DNA from: Octopus vulgaris
Taxonomy: Eukaryota
Direction of reading: 5' to 3'
Assembly (NCBI GenBank): GCA_951406725.2
Contig: OX597836.1
Span: 7,936,001-8,000,000, forward strand
Length of the DNA stretch: 64,000 bases
Shown here: positions 1 to 13,156 of the stretch, in pieces
Numbering within the stretch: position 1 is the first letter of the stretch
How the letters are laid out: each line of letters begins with the position of its first letter
Notes under the pieces: model-generated
The model's database searches: none
What the model saw: only the letters and a program-made list of their open reading frames with translations
Told to the model about the DNA's origin: nothing
Position numbers and translations under genes: made by a program

Positions 1-1060
1 AGAGAGAGAGAGAGAGTATAGAAACTACCACCCACCACTACATGTTTATCCAAAGTGAGAGGAGCAATTTGAAGACAAAGGAAAACTCACAAAAACTAAA
101 TAGTTATTCATCATTGTTTAACACTGATTTCTCTGAGCTAGAATGGTTTGGATGGTTCAACTGGAACCAAGAAACCAAAGGACGACTGCACTGAGCTCTA
201 ATGTTTGGTCTGGGCATGATCTTTACACCTGGGTGCCCTTCCTAATGCCATATATCCACCATAAACAGTTAAGAGGTAAGTTCAGTGAATATATTTATTT
301 AACCACTGGATATCCGTAGGATTACAGCTGTTTCACAACCTTTTTCATGTACCAGTTATTTCAGTGTATAATCAATTATTTTACATGTCTACACCAGTAT
401 GCACGCTACATATTGCACAGTACAATTGTGCATTGACAAATCAATGCAGATGCAGAAGGCTTGCTCTTCAGATTACCAGATCACCAAATCATCAACTCTG
501 CATATACATACAAAATTATTCTTTATGTAATATAAATAAATACTCCTCTTGAAATAATTTCATAGACTGGATCTCCTAGATTTCAGCTGTATGGAACTCT
601 ACATTATACTCCTCTGTATTGGATTACTATGTGGTCTGCTAGCCAGGTCCAGTAGAGAAGCTTTCTGTGATATCCACAAGATTCTATGAATTCATATATT
701 GCACTACAAATTTATATATCCACACAACCTATCAGAAGTGTGTGAGGGAGCTGTTCTGTCTAACTTGTACATGGAATAAAAGTGAGCAGGAAAATGGCAT
801 GACAAGCAACAAGGGTGGGGGGGATGCTGACGCCTCAAACTCTGGCTTGGTGGACAAAGATGGATGGATGGTCATGCATGGAGGGACTGGTGAACAACAA
901 CAAAAACAACAACTGCAACTACAAAAAGCAATATTTCCACTAAAGCAAAAGATGAAAAAACATTTACAGGCAATACGAATTGATGAAATAACTGTCCAGT
1001 TTGTTAATATTTAAAACACAATGGCAGAAGTGTTTTCTAAACTTGTCAAAGCTTGCTTAC

Positions 1061-1211
1061 CTTTGCATCAGAATTCTCATTTTCTGAGAGTCGGATAAGC
1101 ATAGGAGTTCGAGATTCCAGTTCATGCATTCCAGTCAAATTGGTGTGATTTGGTCCGTGGCCGTTGCTTCTGATATGACTATCAAGGGCCAGATTCTGTC
1201 TTTTGCACCAT
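1061..1211 (-). CDS. PRTG: Exon: first cytoplasmic segment
   Basis: ctctcatag|A...AAG|gtaagc; 151 nt, phase 2-0; [50 protein letters not shown]. Confidence 0.88.
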
Positions 1212-4200
1212 CTATGAGAGAGGGGTGGGGGTGGGGTGGAAGAGAAAGTAAAGTTTAATCAACAACTAAATAATTAAGACATTGCCAAACTACATAATTA
1301 AACTAGTGGTTCTCAAACAGATTCCACATAAGATTTTGTTATCAAAATTTTGGTGCAATAAATTGGTTTATACTTTAACACAAAATATTTCAAGAATTTA
1401 ATACAATCCCTAATAATATTTCATTGTAAAAATATAAGATTTTTTAAACATGGAATGGTTACGAGAGTCCACTAAAGTAAAATAAAAAAACAAGGAAGTC
1501 CAAAGGCAAAAAATTATTGAGAACCAATGTATTAAACAAACCAAAACTATGGGAGGTACCTGTTTGTCAGCAAGACATCCAGTAGTTAACCAAGGTTGAG
1601 AGATGAAGACAACCTCAGACACTCAAAACATCCACTCAAGAGTAAACATTTTTTTTTGTAACAAGACATAAAACTAATAAGTGCATTTACTTCTTACCTG
1701 TGTTGGAAACATCCAATGAAGATGGTGATGAGGATGCAGATTACGAGAACGGCACCAATGATGATCCCAGCATGGGATGTTGTGAAACCATGACTGGAGG
1801 CTACACAAACGAGCAAAAGAAAGAATGTTGAAACCCCAACCTGCTAGGAACAGATGCCAAATAGTCATAGAATCACATCTTATTGTCTTAGAAAATAGAA
1901 AGGAAGAGTCTAGGATAATGTTATGTTTGGTTTAATATGTCAAGAAAACATTGACAGGATTATCACAGATGGGGAAAGCTAATCAGCAGAAGTCTGCGCT
2001 TTCACTGTTGACCTCATGCAAAACGTCAAGGATATAGGTGTAGAGTTAATTAGTTCATAAGTGGAGTTCAACAGCTGTATCTTTAAGATGAACATGATCA
2101 AATGCATAATTAAATAATTATGACACAGATTTAATTAATTTAAATTAGATTAAAAGCTGTGGTTACCCAAGGTATCAGGAATATTGTGTTATGTTCATCA
2201 TCAAAAAACAATTTATTTGCATTGGGCTCTTAATTACTGAGGAATTTTTGTTTTCATGTTTATACAATATAAGCTATACATATATATACATATATTCTTG
2301 TTTATCACTAAATTCATTCATAACTGATTTAAGATATCATGGTATGCTAATTGTGAACTCTGTCAACTGGTTATGCTTAATCACAAACTGAGCAGTGATA
2401 AACACTAGTTGGCAACCAGTTGAAGGTTCTGGCTAGACTGCAAAAGTTTGTCTCAGCAACTATTTACAATGCTAAAGACAACTTGGGGTCTTGGAATGAA
2501 ATCCACTTCCCCCCTAATTTTCTCTTGTTCATTTAGCTATGATTCAGTCCACATGTTTTTCTAGAACCAAACACCCATGACAGACAAGGATAAATTTATA
2601 TATATACTAGCAGCATAGCCCGGCGTTTCCCAGGTATGTAAGAGCCCCTAGTAGGCAACGACTAATCCCAATCTAGTCCTTTCCCTCTAGGGAACGAAGG
2701 CGCATGTGTAGGTTGCAATGTCTTCTCTTCACTCGAATACTTCTGTGTATACGATGTTCCTAGCTGTCCCTAGCTGTTGAGTTGTGTCCCCTAGACAGAA
2801 AATGTGTTGCATATAAAAAGCTTAGATCCTTGACCCCATGTCGAATTTATCGATTTTTTTCAGAACTAGGAGAACTTTTCAAAATTTTCGCTGCGTTAGT
2901 TTTGAATTATGACATTGGGCTATGTGTGTGTGTCAAGTTTCATCAGAATCGGCTGAAAGCCGTGGTCAGAGTGAGGGTACAACCTGACAGACACACAGAC
3001 AGACAAACTGCCGTTTATATAGAGAGAGATATAACTATCATTTACCATATTTTACAGGGTATAATTTTGGTATAAAAAAAGCTTTTCCTTCCAAATCTCT
3101 TACCTAACAAGACAAGCAGAAATAAAACTAGCAGCAGCAACAAAGACAGTAATGGAATACTTACCAGTGGTGTTAGGTGGTACTGCCACAGATGCTGTTG
3201 GGTCAGGACTGGATGTTATATCGATTATAATGACTTTAGTGCTTGAGCCTTTCCCTGCAGTAGTGTTGGCCCACATCTTCATGTAATAAATTTTGCTCAG
3301 TAGTTTTTCTAAAGTCAATGATGTCATCGAACCTAATTAACAAAAAAAAGCAGGCACAGATATAATAAACCACAGTCAACTTGGCATTATTACTATCCCA
3401 TCCCATCGCTCAAATTTCAGGCCTCATTCTCATATTGGAAAGAATCATTATAATTATATAACTATTATTACAAATGCAGTGGGCAGGTAGAATTAGAACA
3501 TTGGAAGATTTAATAAAAAAAATTTTTTAAAACTATTACCACCGCCACCACAACCATCAAGGTGAAGGCAGCAAGCTGTTAGAATTGTTGGCATGCTGGG
3601 TAAAATGCCAAACAGCATTTCATGCACCTCTATATTCAGAGTTCAAATTCTGCTGAGGTTGATTTTGCCTTTTATTCTTTCAAGATAGATAAAATAAGCA
3701 CCAACTGAGCACTGGAGTGGATGTCATGGACTTACCCACTTCCCCAAAATTGCTGGCCTTGTGTCAAAATTTGAAACCATCATTATTATTATTATTATCA
3801 TGACTACTACCACCAAGGTGAAAGCAGTAAGCTATCAGAATTGTTAGTGTGTTGGATAAAATGCTCAGCAGCTTTTCTCTGACTCTTTACACTCTTGAGT
3901 TCAAATCCTGCTGAGGTCAACATTGCCCCTCGTCCTTCTGAATTTGATAAAATAAAGTATAAGTACTGGGGCTTAGTAAGTGACTTGCCCTTAATCACTA
4001 AAACTGCTGGCCTTGTGCCAAAATCTGAAATAATTATTAAGGTAGATAGCTGGAAAAATTGCTAGAATGTCAGAAAAAAAATGCTCGGCAGTATTTGTTG
4101 TGGCTCTTTACATTCAGAGTTCAAATCCTGCAAAGATCAACTTAGCCTTTCATCCCTTCAGGGCTTATAAGATAAAGTACTAAACCCTTCCCTCAAAATT

Positions 4201-7200
4201 ACTAGCCTTGTGTCCAAATCATTAATTGTAGAGCTGTGATGGCAGAACTGTTAGATAAAAATATTTTGTAATATTTCTTCCAGTTAAAGCAGCAAGTTGG
4301 CAGAATTGTTAGAATGTAAAGATGGATGAAATGCTGCTAAGCATTTTGCGTGGCTTGCCGAGTTCAACTTTGCTTTTCATCCTTTTGAGGTTGAGAACTG
4401 GGGTCAATGTACTGAATAACCCCCAACTTTTGAAATACACAAAAATAATATTATACTCACTCCCCTCTCATGAGTCAAAACACACTGAATAAATAAGCAT
4501 TACATTAATATTATGAAGGGAGCGTATCTGAAATGAGTTAATTTGAGAAGGGAGTAGAGTGGACAATGTGATCACAGAGTACCCAAAATATAAGTTCTCC
4601 AGGACTGGACCTGCTGCAAGGTTCTCAGACATCAGATGGACCTGTGCAGTTGGCAAGCAGTATCCAAGAAATCAGAAAAGGCCACTTGGAAGGTCTCCTT
4701 GAAGATGGAAAGATGATTTAGTCAAGCAATTTGGGCCAAGATTGAAAAGGATAGCACAATCAAGACAGAATAGGAAGTGTATTGTGACCAGCATCTGACT
4801 GTCTGGTCAACAGCATAATACATTCGACAGAGTAATCATCATCACTTAACATCCTTGTTCCATGTTGGCATGAGTTGGCCAGTTTAACATGATCTGATGG
4901 GTCCAAAGACAGCAAAGTGCCCAAGTATATACTTTGATACTTTGGTATGGTTTCTCTACAGCTAGATGCCCTTCTAACACCAACCATTTTACTGTGTCTG
5001 CTGGGTGCTTTTTTGTGAGCACACAGCACTAGAGAGGTTGCCATACAGTTTACATGAGGAGGGGGGCATCTCTTTTGCTACATGGGGGACAAGGTATGAT
5101 AGGAGGGGGTTGGGATAACACAGGTTCTTAGGAACCACATGGCTACTTGCATTTAGGAGAGGGAATGTGAATGCTAAGGGGTTAATGTAAGAATTATCAA
5201 TGAAGTGGAGGCAGGGGAGGAGAAGAAGGAGAAAGGGTGCAATCACAATGTACTCTAAAGAATACTCACCATTCTGAACAACTTGAACCCATGATGAGAT
5301 CGGAGATTGTTTATCGATGCTGTACAAAATTGTGTACGTCAGTACAACACCGTTGGACTTGATGGGCGGTGCCCACTCCACCTTCACTTTACCTGCCCCC
5401 ACCGGCAGCCAGTTGACTTTGGTTGGCATTGAAGGAACTGAAATGGTAAGATTTTGAGATTCCAGAATAAATAGGTGAAAATCAAATAAATACAAACACA
5501 TTTGTAGATGAAATGGTAAGAACAAAACAATTTAAAGAAACTCAAGTGTATTTTGGGATTGGTTAGTGGAGAAGCAGGTGAAAAACTTAGAAAAAAAATT
5601 TGAGCTAAATGAGAAAAAATATATAAATGTATAACAGTGGAATATGGAGGTGGGGTGATAAGAGGATCAAATCTTTTAGAGGCATTTGCTGAAAGTTAAG
5701 AAAAATGATTTGTTAGTAGTAATAAATAACAGAGAGAATCCAGCTGGAATACAAATCTGAAAGTCTGTTATTGAGGATGACAAAGATGATTGTGGCAGAA
5801 GAGGTGGTGGTGGTGGTAGAGAGAGAGAGAGGAAGAAAGAGAGATATGGTTGAGTTAATGATTCAAAGTAGAACATGCAACATAGAAAGGAATGAAATTC
5901 AAAAAATGAAAGTGAAAAAAAAGCAACCCTGTGTAAATAAATTTGTGGTAGAAACTTTATTCACACTAAAAAAATATTACAAAAACGTCAACTGAAATTA
6001 TCATACCAATGAGGTTTCCACATTTTTTAAAGTCACTTTAGTTGTTGTTTAACCCCAAGTCAATCCTGGTCTTGTAGATCTATGATTCAAAAGATACTCT
6101 ATATGTGACCATATTTTTTTTTTAATGGGACACCATCCACTGTCTTGTTTCCTTCTTTTTGGAGACAAATAGTACAGTGTGATATGGAGATTTAGCTGTT
6201 ATTTCTAACATGTAATGTTCTAACTCCTATAGAGACTCCCTTGTAATTTAGGAAATAAAACTATTTTCTGGTGATTAACCTAGGAATAATTTCACTCTTC
6301 AAAAAATACAATAATAAATATACTGATGGGGGGTGGGGTCAAAATTCCAAAAGCTTTTAGGGTTTAGGATGGGAAGGAGGGGGGAAATTAAGGATTTTTT
6401 TTGTTTTGCTTTAGTTTAAGCAATTGGTTAATAACTAACAGATATTGCCAAAGTAACAATCCACTCATTAACCCAATGTTAGTTCCAAATATCAAATGAA
6501 CATATAAATTAATCAAAATCTGTGAAAATCTCAATTCAAAATAAAAAAGCCAATTTTTTAAATTTAATTTTATCATCTCAAATATTCCATAATTTTTTCT
6601 GTGTGTATATACATACACATACATATAGTGTCATGGTATTCATATGTTGTGCATATAATTGTTATTTATTTGTGTGTGTGTGTGTGTGTGTATGCACATG
6701 GAACATTCCAAACCATTCCTGCCCACTTCCCCACCATCAACCCTCCCTCCCACTCCTGCACACGTTAAAGTGTGGCATGCTTAGTGTACAAGAGTGCTGT
6801 AAATATCAATACGTAATAACCCGAGTTAAGAAATTTATAAAGAATTTGGTGAGAGGTGGGGTGGGTGAGAACAGGGAGCTATAAATATAAATAAAAACCC
6901 AGAAAAACAAAAACACACAAAATAAAACTTTCCAGAAACCAAAATAAAAATAAAAGCTTTAAGAATGAATAATTTGGTTCAAAAATTGAGGAAGAGAACG
7001 TGTGTGTGTATGTGCATAGATATACCCCTGCATATATATATATATATGCACAGTGAAGATGCATGGCTTAATGGTTAGGGTGTTGCATTGTGTTCTAGAG
7101 CAAAGCAATTCCTTTCACGTTCCTCTGCGATCATTTCATCATCTGACATGTGGCACATGGTGCACCTGTACAGGTAATGACAATTTGATGGCAAGAGTGA

Positions 7201-10200
7201 GCTTATGTGAACACAAACATTTCATCACTACAAACAAATCACGTGAGGTTGTTTGGCAAGAAATAACCAAACCTTCATATGTCATCTAACAATGGAAGAG
7301 TCCATGATATGCAAGGGTATATCTGAATAGAAGCATGTATGTATGTATTAGCTTGCACTGGTCTGTAGTTGTGTGTGTGTGTGTGCATGTGTACTTTCTG
7401 TTCCATACAGGTAAAGTCAGGCGACTAGGCCATAATCCTCAGCTCTCAGTAACAAAGTGTGGTGGCTGTCACCCCTTGTCTAAACTAAAAGACAAGATTA
7501 ACTTGCTGGGCTCATAGAAATCTTACATTTTATACATTTTCTTAACAATGAGCCAGACTATCTGTTTTGAGGCCTCTGAAAAATTAGGGTTTAGATAACT
7601 GATTGTACTAGTAACTACATAATAAATATTAGTCTTTCCTCCTCACTTTTATTGCCTTTCTCTCATTGTCCATTATCATCTTTGTCTACAAACACTCATC
7701 CTCTCTCTCCCACTTCACTGCTGTCTGCCAACAATAAGAATAACAATCGGAGTTTATTATAATAATGTTTCAAATTAAGGCATATGGGAAAGAGAGGAGC
7801 TAGTTGATTAAATTGACCCCAGCAATTGACAGGTACTTTATAATAATTTATAATTATCATCTGTATTTCCAAAAACACTAACTGACCCCACTTCTAAAAA
7901 TAAGATCCCTATTTTCAAAACACTAGCTGATGCTATTTTGAAAAATATCAGTTATCCCCATTTCCAAAATGCTTGTTGACCTGACCCAATTTCTGAAAAA
8001 GATATTTATCCCTATTTCCAAATCGCTAGCTGACCATTTTCTGTTTCTAAAATGCCGTTTGACTCAACTGCCAAAATATTGACCCAATTTCTACATAAGA
8101 GGAAGTGCTAGTTGATCCAAGCTGCTGCTATAAATTTATCCATGGGGACAGGAAAAAAAAAAAGACAATATCAAGCCATGCCACTGCCCTTTACATGTTT
8201 ATCAAGCCCTAGTGTCAATACACTTTTTGGGGAAATTAGGGATAAGCTTCCTGATCTTTCGACAGTATTTCTTCAACAACATGCAGTAGTGACCACATTG
8301 GCTTCCATCATCATCATCATCATCATTGTCATCATCACCATCTTTAGTCCGAGCTGCAATAGAAATAGAAGGATGATTTATAAATATGGAATAAGTGGAG
8401 TAAGGATAATGAATGTTGAGTGGGGATAGGGAATGGCAAGGGTGGATAGTGAATAATCAATCACTACTTATTGAAAGGATTGTTAAGAGTTTAGAAATTT
8501 TTTGGTGACCAAAAAGGAGGGGCTCATTCTATGGGCCCTTCCAAGCCAAGTCCATTTTCCATGCTGGCATGGGTTGGACAATTTGACAAGATCTGACAAG
8601 CCACAGAGGTGCATTGAGCTCCAATGTTAGCTTTCACATGGTTTGTATGGCTGGATGCTCTTCTTAATACCAACCATTTAACAGTGTGTACAGAATACTT
8701 TTTTATGTTGAGATACACAGCCTTAGTTTCAAATAGCTTTGAAAATAAAGAATGTATTTAAATAACTGCTGGCATTTAGAATGTATAATTAACATGAAAT
8801 TATGATGGAAGGTTTTATTTAGATTACTTTGAAACAAGGGTGGTTTCTGGTGGGTTGGTATCAAAATGATTAAGGGGGTTATAGGTTATAGTGGGGCATT
8901 GCTCGTGTTGGGTTGGGCAGGAGTAACATTTTCTTGTTATGTACCATAATTGTGTTTTTTGTGATTAAAAAAATGAAATTATCATGGTGTTTTTGAGGTG
9001 TTTGCCATGAAGTCAGAACAGGTTTGGTGGTGGTGAGGAAAGGGGACTCAAGGTTGTAAGTAGATGATGATGATGGATGGGGAAAATAGGGAGAAAAGCA
9101 GAATGGCATCATCTGTGTATAAGAGTGGGTGTTCTTGAATATTTAAATGACTGTAAAGTTTATTTACTGACTCGTAAGGTTATTTAGGATGAAGATAATG
9201 AATGGGTCATGAAGTTATTTAATGGTCAAAAAAGGCAACAAAAGGTCAGTGTGTGTGTGAGAGAAAGAGGTGAGAGGTAGATGTGGTGGTGAAGAGAAAA
9301 TTGAATGATGACACAGTAGGTACTGGCCTGAATGCTGGGTGGAGGGTAGGTTATTAGTGACTTCAATATACAAAGGGTAACAAGAAAAAATAAGGTCCAT
9401 GGGAATATCAGTATTAACAACAGTAGGATCGGGTTTAGGGTTTAATAAAGCCCATAATGAACAGTGTTAATCTTAGTGGTGTTGGGTGTTGTTGAGTAGT
9501 GTTTAATCAACGATGGGAAAACAAACTTGAAATACAAAAACTGACAGACAAACGTGCAATGCAAGAAGTAAACCATCGTAGATTTGCAGCACAAGAAACA
9601 GTCTTGGACTTGTAGCACACACACAAAAAAATTCAGTCACAGATATGTAACACAAGGGACAGACAGTTAGAGATTTAATGAAAGCAGCAAACTTCTTAAC
9701 TCTTTAGCATTTAAATTGGTTGTATCCAGCCCAAATATTCCCCCCCATTTTATGTTCTAACCAGCCAGATTTTGCCTTTCACACCTATCCAACAATACCA
9801 TTCTAAAAATAAACAGTCACATCATTATTTATCTCAAAGCTATGAGATAATGCATAATTAATTCAAAAGATAAGCATTATATTTGATAATCATCCAACTG
9901 CTAATTAATGGGTTGATGAATGTTGAACCATCAGGATACACCAATTGGCTGCACATGCACAACTTCAGCAATAGGTACAGAAGTAGGTGCCAGAAGTGGG
10001 GTACAGTCTATGTACCTGTAAATAGGTACCATTTAGCTATAGACAGTAGCAGTACAGTGTAATTGGTGAGTGTTTAACCAAAAAAAAATGGATAGTTATC
10101 ACCAAGTCCAAATCCTTCTCGAAGGAAGAAGGCTAGTCACTGCAGAATGGTATCCTATTCAAAGTGAAAATGTAAACAACTGCTTCTCAAACAAAACAAA

Positions 10201-10767
10201 CACATAAACAAACCAAGGGAAAAAAACCCACAAAAGCAAAACAAAACCAAAAAAAAAGAAACATTGTGTTATTATCAGCTGATCACACCAATGTTTTGAT
10301 GGTGAAATAGCCTACCCAAATAGTCTTTGAAAAACCTGCCACACAGATGACATAGCATCTCATTTTGGATTGTCGGGCCACGGAAGCTATTCAGACAGAC
10401 AGCTGGAAGAAGAGCAGAAAACAGGAAAGCCCGATTAAGAGAGAGAGAGACAGAAAGAGACAGGGGGAGAGGAAGAGAGAATGTGAGAGAGACAGTGAGA
10501 GGAAGAATCAATGCTGAAATGGTAAAAAAAAAAAAAAAAAAAAAACTGGCAGAATATGTAGTAGTTTCTACTAAGGAATGGAAACACAGCTCTATAGAAT
10601 GTAGAATTAGGGAGACAGGCAAACGGGGGAGGGGGAGAGAGAGAGAGAGAGAGAAAAAAGAAAGAGAGAAAAGCAGAGAGGTAAGTAGATAGGTAGGTCA
10701 TTAGATTGGTAGGTAGGTAGGTAGGTATGCAGAGACAGACAGACAGACAGCTGAGAGATAAATAGGG

Positions 10768-10807
<40 letters not shown>

Positions 10808-13125
10808 CATGAATTCATTGACAGAAAGACAGACCAAGACAAAAATGAATGACTACTACCAAGAAATAAACCAGTTTCTATATTTAACAAAAAGATTAGA
10901 ATTTAATACAATCCAATGGAAATAAATCTTCAAAAAGCTATATATATATATAAAAAAATAAGCATAATAAAGAATAAAACACTAAGAAAATATTAACAAA
11001 AACTAATTATACATTTCTCAATTAATTGTCAAAAACCTCAAATCTAACAGAACTGTTAAATTCGTTAAGATGAATTACCTTGGGATAAAAAACCTTCTTA
11101 ATTAGGAATTATTTTCCCCAATATTTTCCAGAAGCTAGAAGGCCAATGAGACATATAAACAATGAAAATCATGTTGGCACAACAAAATCCACAAGTGGCT
11201 GCCTGTGTGTGGCCAAAGGAGTTCATTGGTGATCAGAGAAAGCACAAGAAGAAGCCAAAAGGATTAAACACAAACCAAAGAGAAATTAAGAAAGCCAGGA
11301 AGTCTTACTGGACAAACAGATGTTAGTTCCATTCAACACCAACCATTAATGGATGTAAAACTGAGAAAGGGATAAAACAGAAATCAAAGCCATGCTGTTC
11401 CCAGAATCAGATATCAATACAAATAAATGCAGTTAATGGAGATATTTGGGGGCAAAGAAGATTTAACAAGAACTTCGTTAAGGTAATATTTCGGGGTTAA
11501 TAATTTTATAAGACTGGTCATGAAGTTAATAGCAATAGTGGTGGTGAGGGTTTAAGAGAGACAAAAAAAAAACAAAAAAAAACACCAGTACAAAACAAAA
11601 GCATAAGTTCTTGGCATCACTGTTGGCTTTAAACAACTCAATAGCCATTCCAGAGAGTGATTTATTAAGATTATAATGACAGACTAGACAAGTGAGAAGA
11701 GGGTAAGTATTGGTTAATTTGAGAATATGTTTCCTCATGTGATAAACTATTTGAAGAATTCAGTGCATCAGTGTTTAACCCTTTAGCATTTAAACCGGCC
11801 ATATCCGGCCAAAAGTATTCTGCCTGTTTTATGTTTAAACTGGCCAGATCTGGTCTCTCACACCAACCCTACAATATCGTTTTAAAAATTAACAGCTACC
11901 TCATCAAAATCTCAAAGCCACAAGATAATGCATCATTAGTTCAAAACAATGTGGATAAAAAAGGATTAATTTTGGCAGAATAATGTGAACACTAAAGGGT
12001 TCAATGGCCATTTCCATGCTGGCATAGGTTGGACAGTTTGACAGGACCCATCAAGGCACAGGGCTGCAATGAGCTCTAATGTCAGCTTTGGCATAGCGTC
12101 TACAGCAAGATGCCCTCCCTAATGCCAACCACTTTACAGTACATACTGGGTGATTTATTATTATTATTATTATTATTATTCCACAGGTACTAGTAAAGTT
12201 GCCAAGTAGTTTGTAAAATAAGATGAGAAAAAAGGGAAAAGGTTAGGGGTACAATTAAATAGCAGAGTATTTGAGAGGTGGAAGTGATGGGATGAAATAG
12301 CTGAGAGATTTTGTCACATTACAGAAGAATATAATTTCCACTAATTTCTTAGAAATGAGACAATTTTATTAAATAAATAAAATGACAAACTTTCAACACC
12401 AACAGACAATTTGTTCACAAATTGTATGAACTAGGAGATAAGCACTCGATAAATTTAATAGAGGTGGGTGACAGGAGATTGGTGGTAGTGGTTATAGTGA
12501 TGGCAACAGTGCTTTTTGGTAGTGAGTGTGCTAAAAAATAAATTGAAGAGGGCGGGGAGAAGGGAATGAGAGGAGAAAGCGAGGAATTGGTGATGGTGGT
12601 GATGACTGGAGAAAGTGAAACAAGTGAAAAATTTCCAGTTATACATACCTGAAGAATTGGTAAACTTCCTTATCCCTGTGTAGAATCATTTATCTCTCTG
12701 CAAACCTTCAACTGGTGAGCTGGTCTGTCACTCCAGTTTGGTATTAGAGGTGGGTTTACGTAGAGCTTTTTATATATATATATATCATATTTATAGTAGG
12801 GTTTTGTTGTGTATTTTATTTTTTGTTGAAGGAAGAGAGAGGGTTTACAACCAACAAAGGGAAATGACAGCAAGAAAAAGAAAAGGGCAGAAAAGAAGGA
12901 GAGAGGGGAGTCATCAAGAACTGAATGAGCCGAAGATGACTGGATATTCAACCTGTTTTGGTGATGGTAAGTTTTCACACTGGAGGCAGGTACAGAGAGA
13001 GAGAGAGAGAGATTACATTTACAAACATAATCAGATGCTCTCACACATGTGTGGAGAGAGGGGGGGAGAGAGAAACATATGCAGATAATCAGGAGAGACA
13101 TTACACATACAAACAACCAGATGCT

Positions 13126-13156
<31 letters not shown>

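Noticed and set aside
730-888. Acceptor gttcaccag at 888 as the next cytoplasmic exon
   Set aside because: The preceding exon ends in phase 0 and this segment hits TGA after four codons in phase 0; the true next exon is probably outside the window
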